Source: Dendrobates tinctorius
Taxonomy: Eukaryota
Reading direction: 5' to 3'
Assembly: GCF_039654945.1 (NCBI RefSeq)
Contig: NW_027361697.1
Coordinates: 10,912,001 to 10,976,000, forward strand
Length of the DNA: 64,000 bases
The notes under the pieces were generated by a model. It was not told the origin of the DNA. It saw only the letters and a program-made list of their open reading frames with translations, and did not search any database. The position numbers were made by a program, and so were the translations under genes. Of this stretch, positions 13,090 to 28,000 are shown piece by piece. Positions within the stretch are counted from its first letter, which is position 1; every line of letters begins with the position of its first letter.

Positions 13090-16020
13090 CTGTTCGGAAA
13101 GGGAAAAAATATATATATTTCAATAAGATTTATGTGAAAGATGGAAAGAAAATGACATAAATTAGCTTCACTGTATCCAACACTAATTCCAAAATATTTT
13201 TTAGCAACGATATTGTATGACAGTTCTTTTATCCATTTTATTTCTTATACCGTGTTCATTTCTATATCTAGTGTTGCATTTGGATTACAAATTAAAAACT
13301 TCCCCCAGTGTCGCTGATAGAGCACTTCCATACATACAGTCCATCATTTCGAAGCTAAGACAAAGGACCACTGAGTGGCCAATTAGCGGCAGCTTACAGG
13401 ACACTTGTCTAAATTAGCAGTTTAATTGCCACATAGAACTTTTAAAGGTTTTGGCATCAAAACTTTAATCGTACATGAAGACGGAAAGTAACTCTATTTA
13501 CACATGGAACTGAGAGAGTGACAAAATTAAATGCGTTGTATGCATTTTCAAAGCAAGTACAGGCTCTTCGACCCGATACAACACTGATAGAATGAGATGA
13601 GATAAAATCTAATAGAAACAAAATGAGCATATCCCAGTTGTAAGTAAACGGTAATAGTACACATAAATAACATGGGGTACTTAGTAAGCACTGTTTTTGA
13701 TAGAAAAAAAGTGTAAAAGCCATCCCACCACGACAAGGTGAACCCAATCGGGAAGGTCCTATCCTTTAGTGTTAAAACCTCACCTTGTATCAAGTAGCCT
13801 CAATGTAGATAGGGGCAGAGGAGGGTTGAGGTCCGACTGTTCAGGCATCCAGCCATTGGAAGTTATATAAATTAAATGCCTACCTAAAAAAAAAAAGGAC
13901 CACACCCCTGTTTGGAGCATCACAATTTGGGTTCACCTTGACGCGGTTGGATGGCTTTTATGCTTTTTTTAATCAAATCTATGTTTACCAAGGACCTTAT
14001 GATATTTATATACTATTACTATTATATAATATTACTATTTACTTACCGCAGGGTATTTGTCCATTTTGCTTCTATCCTAGGCTTTGCCTGTTAAATGGCC
14101 ACAGTGTGAACGTGCTCTAATACAATGCATGGATACTAACTTATGGTCCGGTTCATTTCTTTACTTTTACTGACAGGACTGAAGAGGAGGACCATTCCTC
14201 TACTAGCTTAGCATGTGTTATTTCAAATGATTTTCTATAGAAGACAACTTCTCTCAAATCCAACGTTATATATAACAGAATGATTAAATTATTTGAACAT
14301 GAAATCTAAATGATAAAAAGTAGCAGGAATTCTTAATCTCACCACAGTACAGATAATGTCATTGCCGAAGTGATTAGAAAGTTCATTCTGTAAAAAAGAA
14401 AAGAAAAAGTATCGTTTTAATCGTATTGAGCAAACGAACCATCTAAAAAGTCTGAAACCTAAATTTCATGTAGCTGTATTCCCAATATCACATCTGAAAT
14501 CTCCCGTAGTTCTGCAAATAGAGAATCTGAAAAAATGGTTGATTTCAATTTTTTTTTTAAATGGATGTATTCATCATTATTAGGATCTCATGTAACCTGT
14601 CATTAATAATGCTTGGCATTCACATTCAAAAAGAAATACTTTTAAATGACACTAAGGCCTTGTTCATATGTCCAATTTTTGTGTACGAGTGCCATCTGTG
14701 GTTTTATATGTCCGTGATTTTTCACGGACCGAGCGGTGTGTGAAAAATCAAGGAGACATGCCTGAATTTGATTCGATCAAAATCGATGATGCAAGTCTAA
14801 GGGTTTGTGAAAAAATCGGCCACACTCAGATATCTAACTTCCAAGTGCAGTATGATTTTTTTGGACTGGTGTAAAGGTAGAGAAACTTATTTCTTTTATC
14901 CTCGTATGTGAAAAAACGGAGGATTCTTGGACCACACTCTTTTCAAACATTGATCAAAATTATTGGTCCAATTTTCCTGTACATGAGAAAATCGGATGTT
15001 TGAACGAGGCCTAAGACTAAGGCTTATTTCATATATCTGACATTCATGGTCTAAGAACGGACCACAATGTCCAGACCGGCTTACCAGGCCTTCTAACCTG
15101 CACTCAACAGTCTCATATATGCCTAAGATCGGGAATGTCGAATGTGTGAAACTGACCCAAGATGAAACGTAGATAAGGAATGTTGATATTAATTACCAGA
15201 ATTGAATCAATGACAAAAGATAAAATTTTGTTGACAGATTTCACGGTTTCTTCAGGAAGTATTTTCTGAAAAATATTTTGGGATACAAGTCATTTCTTCA
15301 AGAAGGTTAAGAAACATGTTCATATATACTGTATACATATATAAAAAAAATCAGAACAATTATGGCGATGTCAAGCACAGGATTTTCTGCATCATCCTGA
15401 AATAAACGTTTTTCTCAAGCATTTATCTCTTGCCATTTTCCTCTATCAAAAAGGCCGTGCTTTACTTTCTGTGTCTTCTATTGTACACATAAGGGGTGGA
15501 CATATCATTGGTGCAACCCGTGTAGCTGCACTGGGGCTCTAAAGGTAAGGGGGCCCATTTCAACTACCAAAGCAAGTGGAATTGTGCATGATGTTGAACT
15601 GTTGGATGTCAAGCGGCCCATCCTGTTCTGTCCGTGTCCACTAGTGGTACACATAACAAGAGAACGGCTTGCGCAAAAGTGAAAAATGTCAATAGATGAC
15701 GTGGGATGTACACGGCGGGATGCTCAATAAAGCATTCATTTTCATGCAATAGAAGTCAGAATATGATCAAGAAAAGGACAAGAAGGGAGAGATCTCTGGG
15801 ACTTTTATGTATTTTCTTTGTTTAGTTTTCTTGACCGCCAGCAGTCATTGACAGTTAGCGCTAAAGTAAGAAAGTAACTCATGGTACTGAAGACTAAGTT
15901 CACTTACAATTTTTAAGGGGCTGTTGATATATATACTGCTCAAAAAAATAAAGGGCACACAAACAGCCTGTTGCAAATGGAATAGTGTTCCCTTTATTTT
16001 TTGAGCAGAATAAATATATA

Positions 16021-16058
<38 letters not shown>

Positions 16059-19000
16059 CTATGGCTTCTTACCAAATCTTTTATAAGTTCAGCAATGCTA
16101 CATTGTAATTTACCCTGAAACACAAAGCAAAGATGTTAGTACATTCTACATTTAGGCAAGATGATGATTGGTGAGATTAAACAGTATACATATACCCATC
16201 ACTTCAGGAAAGCTCACAGCCTGAAATAATCATTCCGCCGACTCACCACCACCCGAGCTGCTGCCTCACCACCACCCGAGCTGCCGCCTTACCACCACCC
16301 GGAGCTGCCGCCTCACCACCACCAGAGCTGCCACCTCATCACCACCAGAGCTGCCGCCTCACCACCTTCCGAGCTGCCAGCCCACCACCACCAGAGCTGC
16401 TGCCTCACCACCATCAGAGTTGACACCTCACCACCACCAGAGCTGCCGCCTCACCACCACCCGGAGCTGCCGCCTCACCACCACCCGGAGCTGCCGCCTC
16501 ACCACCACCAGAGCTGCCGCCGCATCACCACCAGAGCTGCCGCCTCACCACCACTGGGAGCTGCCGCCTCACCACCACCAGAGCTGCCGCCTCACCACCT
16601 TCCGAGTTGCCGCCTCACCACCACGAGAGCTGCCGCCTCACCACCACGAGAGCTGCCGCCTCACCACCACGAGAGCTGCTGCCTCACCACCACCCGAGCT
16701 GCTGCCTCACCACCACCCGAGCTGCCACCTCACCACCACCAAAGCTGCTGCACTCCCGACCTTCTGTCTCTTCCCCATTATCCCGTAGAACGTAAGTCCG
16801 CAAGGACAGGGTCATCTCCCTTCTGTACCAGTCTGTCGTTGTAAATTTGTTTACTGTAAGCGATATCTATAACTTTGTATGTAACCCCCCTTCTCATGTA
16901 CAGCACAATGGAATTAATGGCGCTATATAAATAAATAATAATACATAGAAACTAAATTAGCTACTGACATGGCATGTTAAATATATGTATATACCTGTAA
17001 AGGAATATCATTATATCATAATTGCTATATATCATATGTATAAAATGTGTATTGTATCTATACTGTGTTTATCATATGTGTGTATATATATCTGTATATA
17101 GATATACACATATATATACTGTATGAACCTCAATACTAAAACTGCATAGATGTATGTATGTGAACCCAAAGCTATTGTATATACCTATAATGTATATATA
17201 TGTATAATATGTATATCTTATGCTTTTCATGTGCTTATGTAAATATATATGTATTTATGAACCCAATACTAAAACGTGATAGATGTTTGTATTTCAGTCT
17301 TACCAAGAGTTTTTTCATTTTCAAATCAATGTTTTGTGAGTCTCCAGGCTATAAAAAAAAAAATATGAATGTTATTAAGACTTTTCATTAAGACAGTGAT
17401 TTCATTCCAATTACTATTTGTTTTCTAATTGATCTTCTCGGATAGTGATGGTTTGCGTGATCTGCCCAGTGGTTCTGATGTGAATTGTGGTCAGCCAAAG
17501 ATTTTGCTAGAATATTCTTGTTAACCGAATTGAAGAAAAGGTAATAGAGGACTCATCTGTTGGTCACTTGTGCTAAACCTTTTCAGCCCCGAGTGACCTA
17601 GAATGGCGATGTGTCATTTACATTACTGGTCTAAGGAATTCGACAAAAGAAGGAACACATTTTATTAATTACCTGACACTTCCAATGAGTTAATATGTCT
17701 TTTAGAGTCTGAAACAAACAAATGCAAAATATTAGTCACTTAGCCTCAAAGTCTGCACTGTATTTTAGCAGGTATATGCTTCACACGAGCTTTACAGTTG
17801 TGTTCTATAACATTAAGGCTCCAATTCCTACCATGAGATTTTGCCGCTTTTTTTGACGCCATTTATTTTTGCTGCACCAGAAACGCAGCGTCTCCCAGTT
17901 CCAGCAAAGTGGATGGGATTTATAAAAATCTCCTGGCCACTGTGCTTCTATTTTGCTCAGCATAAACTGATCGGCGATGTGTTTTTCTAATCTAAAGCAA
18001 GTCAATTTCTCTTGCAGGTGCCCTGAGTTTTCTGTGCAGATTTCCCCCATAGACTTGCACTAGATGCAGAAAATCCACAGGTATAAAACGCACATGCATT
18101 TTTAGTGCTTTTACGCAATGGAAACTAAAAAAAAAGCATGTAATCCGCACCTAAGTACTGTATATCAATAAAGTTTTGTCAAAGCCAAAAAAAAACCCCA
18201 AACAGTATCAAAAACACAGCAGCTCTATTTAAAGCGTAATGCATAAAAAAGACAAAAAGTGCACCATCAAAAGAGCATTAAAAATGAATGTTCAAGAAAA
18301 AGCACACAAAAACGCAATAAAAAAAATGCAAGTAACATAATTTAAATAATATGTGCAGAAATTCTGCAGCATCAAAAACTCACAAAAATCTCATAGTAGG
18401 AATTTAAATAATATGTGCAGAAATTTTGCAGCATCAAAAACTCACAAAAATATCATAGTAGGAACATATCCTAACAAGCAGGCAAAATCAGGAATGGGTG
18501 AAAAATGCAGGAGTTGTGACATGTTTCTATTATACTTTTCCTCTGATTTTTTCACTCCTGGTGGTAATTTTTTTCTCTTCATATCACGATCTTAATATTT
18601 AAAAAAGAAAAAAAAATTAATCTTGCAAATGTTACAATGGCCACTGGGGCTTTTTCAGACACATACTTCCTTGTCCCTTTAAGAAGAGTTTCCATCAGGC
18701 TCCTTACCATCAGAGACAGGACTAGAATGACAGGTAACTCCTGTGTACACAGCTGATAACGCAGGATTCACCAGTCATAATAGGGGATGTCACAGCAGAC
18801 CCTGCTTCCCATCCCTTCACAATGACCTTTGCACATGCTCATCGCACACTTCAATGCAAAAGATAAGGGAGGGATCTCTCCATTAAGGGTACATATATGT
18901 GCTGTTTCCTGAGACTATGGAAAGTCTGAGTCTAAAAAAGATCCCAGCGGTCAATATATGAACTGCAAGATTTTATTTTGTTTTTGTTTTTATTGTAGAT

Positions 19001-22000
19001 TGTGAAATATAAAAAAAATGCCATTTTTTTACTAATAAATTTAAAACAAAAATATGATTTAAACAATTGGTCACTTTCAGGTGATAGCTTCCCTTAAAGG
19101 AAAGAAAGCAAAAATGGAGATAACTCAGCATACACCCAGTTCTAAGACCTATTTAAAGGTTCCAAATTCTGTCATCCTGTGTCAATGCGAAGACTCGCTC
19201 CAATGCATGTGGATAGAGTAGTTAATGGGGAATCGAGAAGGTCCCAGCACTCACGCGTTTCAGCCCTTCCAACGATATCATCAACAGTCATTGGGCTGAA
19301 ACGCGTCCAGTTTTGTTGAATAAAGGAACCAAGAAAAAAAAACCTATGTGATAGCCGGGACCTTCTTGATTCCACAGTGGGAATTTAAGCCTTTTAGGTT
19401 TTTTTTTACAGTACGCTGTAATACTTGGTATTGTAGTGTACTGTGCTGTCAGCAAACGTCTATTTAGCCTTGATCGTGGCAGAACTCATTAAGGGTATAA
19501 CATTATGGCTCTTGGTTGTCTTCACTAAGCCTTTCAGATACCATGAGAGTCCATTTGCACCCCACATTAGCATCAAGGGACCTGATGGAGTGATGGAATG
19601 GGGCTTGATTTTCGGTGTAACCATTTAGATGCCAACGTTGCTAATAAAGGTTTCAATACCACGATCATCTCAGTCCTTCTCCGCACAAAACAGTTTGGAC
19701 ATTTTTACATTATGTTGCATGAAAGGGTGTGATCATTATAACAACAGGTTGAAATGCTTGTAGGAATAATGAAAGAACACAAGAGTTATTATATACCGTA
19801 CTTTCCTTTTTCCCTGCATGAATAGTGTTAGCACATAGTGATTGTATTGCTGCTTTCAGTCTTGTTTTCTTGACCACTCGAGTGCAGAAACTTTTGAAAC
19901 GTTTGGCTATGCTAAGACTTATTACATTAAATGGAAAATTATAAAAGATGACATTCTATTTGCAAATATTCACCTTGCCAGAGACCTGAAAGAACAGAAG
20001 AAAAGGCAGATAAGTTTGCATCGTTAACAGCTTTTAAGAAAGGGCTGGATGATTTTCTCAATGCACATAACATTGCGGGTTATAGCTAATTTGGTGACAA
20101 AATGCACAGTTGGTGGAGAAAGGTTGACCTTGAAGGGCCGCGATCTTTTTTCAACCTATGTAACCTTATACATTTGTGTAAATTCACATTAACACTTGAT
20201 TTAAGAATGACACCTTTCATTGATCCCACAAGACCTATAATCATTGTCTTTTAAATCATGTTTCTACTTCATTAGTAGGAAATATAAGAAATAGTGTATC
20301 AGACCAACGAAAAAAAAAAAACCAGCATGCACAAGATGCATCGGATCGGATCACACTCAGCCATTCATGTGCATGGATCCGAGGAAAAAAATGGACTGCA
20401 CTCAGATGACAAACCGAGTGCGGTCTGATTTTCACAGACTAACAGAATAGAGAATATAAAGAATTTCTTTTCCTTCTCCACATCCAAAAACATTGGACCG
20501 GAGTTGGATCAGAGTGTGATTAGCATAACAGGATTGATTTTTTCAGATGAGAGAAAAACGGTCGTGTGACCCTAGCCTATCCGAAAGTGCAGCTTCCTGG
20601 AAAAAAAAAAAAAGAATTTATTTTCTCCTGGGAGCCACCTGCTTTCAGTCATGAGGTTCATCGCTCACAGCACTGCTGATTATACAGTGAGCTGAGGCTG
20701 TAAGCACACCCTGGTTCCTTAACTGACAGCTTGCTCTGCCCAAATGTGCTGCACCGTGAGCTGTCAATCAAAATGCCAGGACATTCTTACAGCCGCCAGT
20801 GACAGTAAAATGAATGGTGAGCGACGACTGTAGCCGCTTATACGTGCCCCTATGACTGAAAGCCAGCGGCTCCTGGGACGAAATAAGTTTATTTCCTCCC
20901 AGTAGTCGCGCTTTCATTAAGGCGGCTAGGGAGCATTGTAACGATAATTGCCTAACGATTAACCCTATATCTGCAGGAAAATAGAGTTTTCCGTGGGGAT
21001 AGGTTCCCTTTAAGTTATGTCTTAAAAGGGTTGTCTAGTCAATAATAATGTTGTGTAATGACTAGGACATTGGGTACAACATGGTCAGATGTACATCGAA
21101 TCAGTAATGTGGATCGTGCTCATTTGCAGTAAATTATAATTCCATAATAAAATTCAGAGTATTACAGTAAATGTCCTTCTTACCTGGATGAGCTCATGCA
21201 GACATTTTGCTCTCCAAACTGGATCTAACTGTAAAGAAAAAAAAAAGAAAATACATATGGGGACATCATCAAGGAATGAGCGACTATGTTTGAAGTTATA
21301 TTTACTTGAAAGATTGCTTGATAGACTCATTTCCGATAGATTTCCTTGGACTCTCAGCTATGTTTGACCAGGATATAATAGAAGAAATATGTCTGATATA
21401 TAACATTGGAGCAACGTAGACTAGAGTACTCCTGTCTGTCTCCTAAGGGGTAGTAGCAGAATTGTGAGCTTATCTGCATCGTGTGAATTATCGGCCATGT
21501 CATGTCTGGATTTGCTGACGCCACAGCGGGACATGGGGAGCGCTGAGTGCCTGTCCACAATTACTGCATACAGACACATTGACTGGAATTATGGTGGTGT
21601 GAATTAGCCCCGCTAGTGGTTAGCGAGGGCATTTAGTCAGATTTTTATGCTGTCCTGCTTTCTTAACTGCAAAAAAAAAAATCCACTCTAAGAAACAAGT
21701 TCTGTAGGAAAAAATATGGAAATATACTACATAGTTCAATATTCTTAATAGCAAGAGCTATTTATTTTACATTTTAGGAAAAGCGAGCTCATTATTAGTA
21801 ATGTAACAATGATAGAGCTTCCTCATTTAAAACTTCTTGGCCAATGAAGAATTTGGGAGTAACTTGTATTTTATCAAATGGATTTCCACTTTCAAGTTCA
21901 TCCTTTTAATGACCAGCGCTGCGTAAAAATAAAGTATCAGCAGGACATGGGAACGACGTGGTAAGGGGAGGCTGACATGACTCAGGGAGGGCGGGACGAC

Positions 22001-25000
22001 CAGGTACAGCTTAGAGGGGGGGTGTAAGAGGAGACGAGGGAGAAGGGTCTGGAAGACGGGGATATGACATAGGGTGAGGGGTGGGGTTAGGTAGACAAAA
22101 GGATTGAGCAGGGCTAGCGAAGCCCTTTCTGACCTCCGAAGGACTGGACAGCTACGCTTCGTGTATTGACGTTGGAGGAGGCGCGGGTGGGTCCTCGAAG
22201 TTGGGAAAATTAGGACTGGGGATTCTTTAAAGGCATGGATCCCCTTCATGTGAGGTGGTGGTGGTCTGGTGAGTTTGGGTGACACCTGGCGATGGAACGT
22301 CGGGTTCTTATTAACGGAACATTTGGGTGATACCTGGTGATGGAACGTCAGGATCACAGTAACATAAGTGGCGGGTGATACCCGGTGATGGAACGTCGGG
22401 TTCACATATTGTGGATTGAGAGATTCCCGGCGATGGAACGTCGGGATCACAGGGTCGAGCGCAACCCCTTCCCTCGGTGCATGGTGCTTCTGAGTCGGAG
22501 GAAAACGGCTAGGAGTAAGGCTGGGGGAATGGGGAATGCCATATGGGAAAACCACCAGACCGGCATAACTTCGAGGACCTCACCATGTGTCTTTGATTAC
22601 CAATAATATCAATAAATAGGCTGCTGTGGCCATTATTACCCAAAGAAATGGTTGTCGCTTGTCTTTAATTAACGTAAATAAGGGAAGGGCCAGGCGGCAC
22701 GGGAGGGGGTATGAGGTCAAGGAGAAATCGAGTCATGAAATCAGAGGACACTCACCTACCCGGGCTCCTGAGCTATGTCTTTGCTGCTGCTCCGGTCTCT
22801 GTATTTTGGCTGTACTGCTATTATCACTATTAAGACGGGGTCACACATGCGAGAAACTCGCACGAGTCTCGCATCTCAATACCCGGCACTGCTACCTGCA
22901 CTCGGGATCGGAGCGCTCAGCTGCATAGAAATACAGGCAGCTGCACGCTCCGGTCTGAGTGCCAGCGGAAGTGTTGGGTATTGAGATGCGAGGCTCAGTG
23001 ATTGGCTGCAGCGGTAATGTGTTCTGTAGTCGTGATATCAGCACTGTAGAGAGCCAGTGCTGGCCGCAGGCAGGTAGCATAGCATCTGGATTTACACAGT
23101 GATGGAGCTGTTCATAATCACATGGAATATGTCACCATTAGTGCTGCTACTGCTCTTTTGTAGAGGACACCATATCCTTCATTTTGTAGCACTTATGTGG
23201 CTGCCATTGGGATGCATTGCATCTATAAGAAGCAGAGCAGTGGAATCCATCCTACCATTAATCCAGTCAATTTTTGTTGGTGAACTTCAGATTTGGGATG
23301 AAGCACCATAAAGAATGTCAAAAAATGGATAGGAAAACTGTTACTGGCATGAAGTATGAAACTAATAGTGGTTTCACTAGTAAACAAGACTCGCGATTTG
23401 CTGGATCTTTTCATAATACATTGTTATGTCATATATTGGTTTAGACCTATGTCTGATCACTACTTAGACTCATTCTTCCAACACACTTGGTTTCTATAAA
23501 ATTCCAATGTTGTGAAGAAGAGGCAGCGTTTATGCAGCAGCATAATTTATGGGCATCGAATCCATTGTGAGAGAAGCGTAGAACATACATTTTTAGTTGC
23601 TGATAAAGTGATTATTAGAAAATGAACTTACCATTTCGCATACTTTGTCCATTGCGGGTTCGAGGACCGCTATTTCATCACTAACCTAGAGGTATAGAAA
23701 AGATAAAGTTTTTATTATTATCACACATGTAATCAGCGTGCGAATAAGTGTAAACTAACAGACATATTTTTTGCTTAATAAAATTTACCATTGCTTTCTT
23801 TCATTTTGCTTTTCTAAGGGAATCTGTCATTAGGTTCATTCTACCTGAACCACGGGCAGCAAGAGTCAGAGCCTGACATGATAACAGCAAAGTATGTTTA
23901 TTCTGGATCCGGAACGCTATAGTGTTTCAGAGACAACAGAAAAGTCATCCAAAGGCTATAGGGAGAGATCTGACCAGTGCGGTGCGGACCCCGGCCGGCT
24001 GCTTCCCTCACTGTCCAGTTGATTGACAGATCCCTATATACACATATGAGAAAGACCTGTCTATGTACTGGAGCGGGGTGGGGAGAAGCCAATCAGGGGC
24101 AACATCAGAATGGTCTTGTCTCTCTTTATAGTTCCCAGATGGCTTATCATAATGCAAGCTGAGTAAAAGATGCATGACTGCAATTACAAAGCTAGTCTCT
24201 GGTCCATGCTGCCCATTGCTCAGGCAGCAATAATCCAATGGCAAAATCCCTTTAGCTTTGATCACTTGGCATACATTATATTACATCATTACAGTATATA
24301 TGTACTTGAACATAAAATGCATGTTTCAACCATGCTTTATTAAAGGGCTTTCGTATTTGGACAACGAATTGGATCACTTTACGATCTCTCAGTTGATATT
24401 GCACAAACATGTATCACAGAGGGTATCTATTTCTTCTACTGTATGCCAGAAGTTTTCCTCCACTGAAAACTGTGTTGGGCTCATATTTAGACCTCAATTT
24501 TCACATACAAGCGGTATCCATGTTTTTCAGGATAGGACTCATACTTGTGATAGTTTACGGGGCCATTCACATGTCCGTTTTGTTTTGTTTTTTTCCCCAA
24601 GTGGTCTGCAGAAAACATCCGAGACTTGTTTTATTTTGATCCGAGGGGTCAGATCAAAATCAACAATGCAAGTAAGTGGTTCTGTGAAAAAAATCGGATG
24701 AGAGCTCGGACTGTCAGAATGGAGAAGATGGAGATTTTATTTTTTTTTTTTAAATTTCTCCACGTACGAGAAAATCAGATGACACTCATAGCACACTCTG
24801 ATCAGAGTCTGATCAGAATAATCGATCCAATTTTCTCGTAAGTGAAAAAAGTGAATGCATGAATGAGGCCTTAGGTCTCATAGATCCAATGTAGGATGCA
24901 AACTTGGGAGGGTCTAATTCAATGAGCTCCAAGGAGAAAATAGGAACTAAATTACAGATGTAAATTATTTAGACTGTGTAAATTGTTAAAGCGTTTTAAA

Positions 25001-28000
25001 GGGGCAGACACAATTGTTAAAATGCTTTACATGGGAAAAATGTCAAAATGCTTGTAGAAACAAGCAACTTTACAATCTTATTAAAAATCCTTTCCGCTTT
25101 AAAGATCGGAAGGATTTTTAATTTTTACTGGTTACTGCTTATTGCTTAGATTACCGGACACCTCTGGAGTCCATCAGAGGAGGTTGGTTTTCTAGGGAAA
25201 GAGGGCACTCTTGCCCACTGTTTGCTAGCACAGTTCTGAAGCCGTCCGGATCCATCATCCTTCAGTGCCACTGTGCTCCTCTAATGATGCAGAGACAACG
25301 CTGTCTCTGACTGCAGCATGGGACAATGGAGAGTTCGAACCAGCCGCATGGCAATGTTACTGGTCCAAGCCGTCCATCATTAGAGGCGCACCACCCCCTG
25401 GAAAGCTGGAAGCTGGGAGCAGAAAAGCGGTGCACTCCTGGACCATGAAGATTAGCCAATCCCTTTAAAAGTGAGTAGTAAACGCTATCAACCTGGACAC
25501 CTTTAAATGTATTCACAAATATTAATATGAGCTGAGTGAAGTAATCCAATCACCCGATACCCATGTCTTAGCGCCTGTGAATCAATCTAGTAATTACTCA
25601 TATTACTAAGTTAGTTTTATAGCAATAGTAAACACAACTTACGATACGTTTAAGCAATTCCTTCAGTTCATCAAGTTTTTCCTTCGCCATTTCTGCCTAA
25701 AAAAAAAACAAAAAGAAACCCCCAGACTTCGATTACATAGTGTGAACAGTATATATAATATTTTAATTTAGGCTTCTAAAATATGGCAACTTATGTTAGG
25801 TTTATGAGAGGGTCATGCAGTTTTAGAGCTCAAGGAAAATAAAGAAAATATTAATTTGTATCTAGGAAGTGACAGGAGCGATAATTCCTAAATACCCCAG
25901 CAGTGATCTTATTATACATGTTCCCTATGTCCAGATATGTCTACAAGGAAATCTTGTTATGCCTGCGCCTTCAATGTATGTACCTCCTCAAAAAAGTGAA
26001 CAACCCAAGAAATGTAATAAAATATAATTTTTAGTGAATCTCATTATTTAAAACCATTTGATTAAAAGTAAGGGAAACCAAAGACCGAAACATAACCCAC
26101 AGCATATAACAATTGCATATAACAATACTGTAGCATAGGAATGCTGGCAAAACTTAGCATAAATAGGGTATATAAGAAAAAGGAAGACATCCACAATTGC
26201 AAAAGTAGGCAAATATACAAACAGATAAGTCTAAAAATTACATGACAGTATATAAATATAATACCCATAGTCAGCAACCCGTGGCTCCTGTGACGCCAAC
26301 TTACGTTTCGCCCTGTGGCTTTCTCAAGGAGTGTGACCATATTCCAAACCTCTTATTCTAAATCTCCCATCCCTTATCGTTCTCCTACCCTGGTTGTATC
26401 CCTTCTCCACTCTTCTCTTAAGTTTGTATATTTTATTAGACTACTTGGCTGTGTGCTAGTCACACCGCCACCAAGTTTCTCAAATTATATGTCTTGGCTC
26501 TATCTTGCTGAGTGATTTACATTTACGGTAAATGTCAACATTTCTTTGCTCTTTGATTGTAACTGCTTTCTTATTGTTGAATACCTTTTTATAAAACCAA
26601 TAAAAACCTTTAACTAAAAAAAAAGTATTTTACCAGCTCTTATATGATCCTATCAGCTACACTGTCAGTGCAAACCTGATACATATAATAATACCTTGAC
26701 ATCAGCATCTATTGTGCTACCATAGTGCTACCGATTTGTTGGATTGGCGCTTGGACTATTTTTTGTTACTTAGTGTAGATCATAAAACACCTTTAATTTC
26801 TGACAGTATATATGGAAAAAAAAAATCCTCCAAAATAACCTTATCTTATATGCGTATAGAAAAACAATCCTCTAACATAACCTTACCTTATATGCAAACC
26901 AGTCTCCTGTTTAGAAAACTGTCACTCTCTGCCTGATAGACTGTTTTTTTTTTTTGTGGGGCACATAATGACAGATTTTAAGAGGTATCAGGGGACAAAG
27001 AAGACTGGAATACGGGGGAACTGAATGGGCAAAGTATATAAAGGATTACGGTATTTAACTGTTTGCAAAGAGTTTAAAGGGGATCTGTCACCAGGTATTT
27101 GTAACGCCATCTGAGAGCAGCATAATGTAGGGGAAGGGACCCTGATTCCAGTGGTCTATCACTAGGCTATTTGCTACAGTTTTGATAAAACCACAGTTTT
27201 ATCTGCTGCAGATCTACCATTTCTCTGAATATTAATCCCTGGATAACTCCACCCACATCAAAGATTGGCAGCTTTCTGTGTGCACTGTGCATAGACAGAA
27301 AGCTGCCAGTCAGTGGTGGGGCTGGGGTTATACAGAGCTTATGAATATGGAGGACTGCATGGCAGCAGGTTTATTAGTGCTCTATTGATAATGTCCTGTT
27401 GATAAAACAGTGATTTTTATCAAAACTACAGCAAGCAGCCCAATAAATGACACATCTTTTGAATCAGGGTATATGCGCTTACAATATGCTGCTCTCAGAT
27501 GAAATTGTCACTACAAATCTGATTTCTTTCTGAGAACCCAACAATTGTGAAAATGGGAAGCCCTTTCTGAATTGAGTGGAGGTGTGCTTGTTTGATTAGT
27601 CTCTGCTGATCTTTATGAGAAAGCCAAGTACACAGCCCCTCTATTTCCAGTAAACTCAGAGACAATGAACAAAGTGGAGGTCGAGCATGCACGCTTTTAT
27701 TCAGACAGAGTTATATAGAGCCCCATATTTGGGATTGATAAGTGTTTCAAAGGTTGGACTCCAACTGATCAATAAGTTATCCCTTATCCTACTTGTTGAT
27801 ATTCCATTCTATATGGCCAAATAGTAAATTATTTAAAAAAAATAAAATAAATAAAAATAGTAGAAATAAAAATGTAAAAAAACACATTTTCTTTATAGGA
27901 CTAATTATTTTCCTTGATGAAAAAAAAAAACTATTAAAAACTTACTATTTCTAGGCCACGTAAAGGTTCAGGCAAACATTTATGATCATCCTGTAAAATG

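Noticed and set aside
14343-14386. Alternative frame MNFLITSAMTLSVL resembling a signal peptide of a second gene
   Set aside because: It stops within a few codons in the next exon; the phase-0 frame supplies the eighth Cys.
15908-15920. 13-nt segment with cag acceptor and gtaagt donor
   Set aside because: Not a multiple of three, no pyrimidine tract, and next to a Tc1 remnant.
26634-26675. Exon-like 42-nt segment on the minus strand (VCTDSVADRII*EL)
   Set aside because: Weak splice sites and an in-frame TAA; it would add a ninth Cys and break the C3-C4 spacing that matches C7-C8. Exon 27990-27946 fits better, so the gene is not called a pseudogene.
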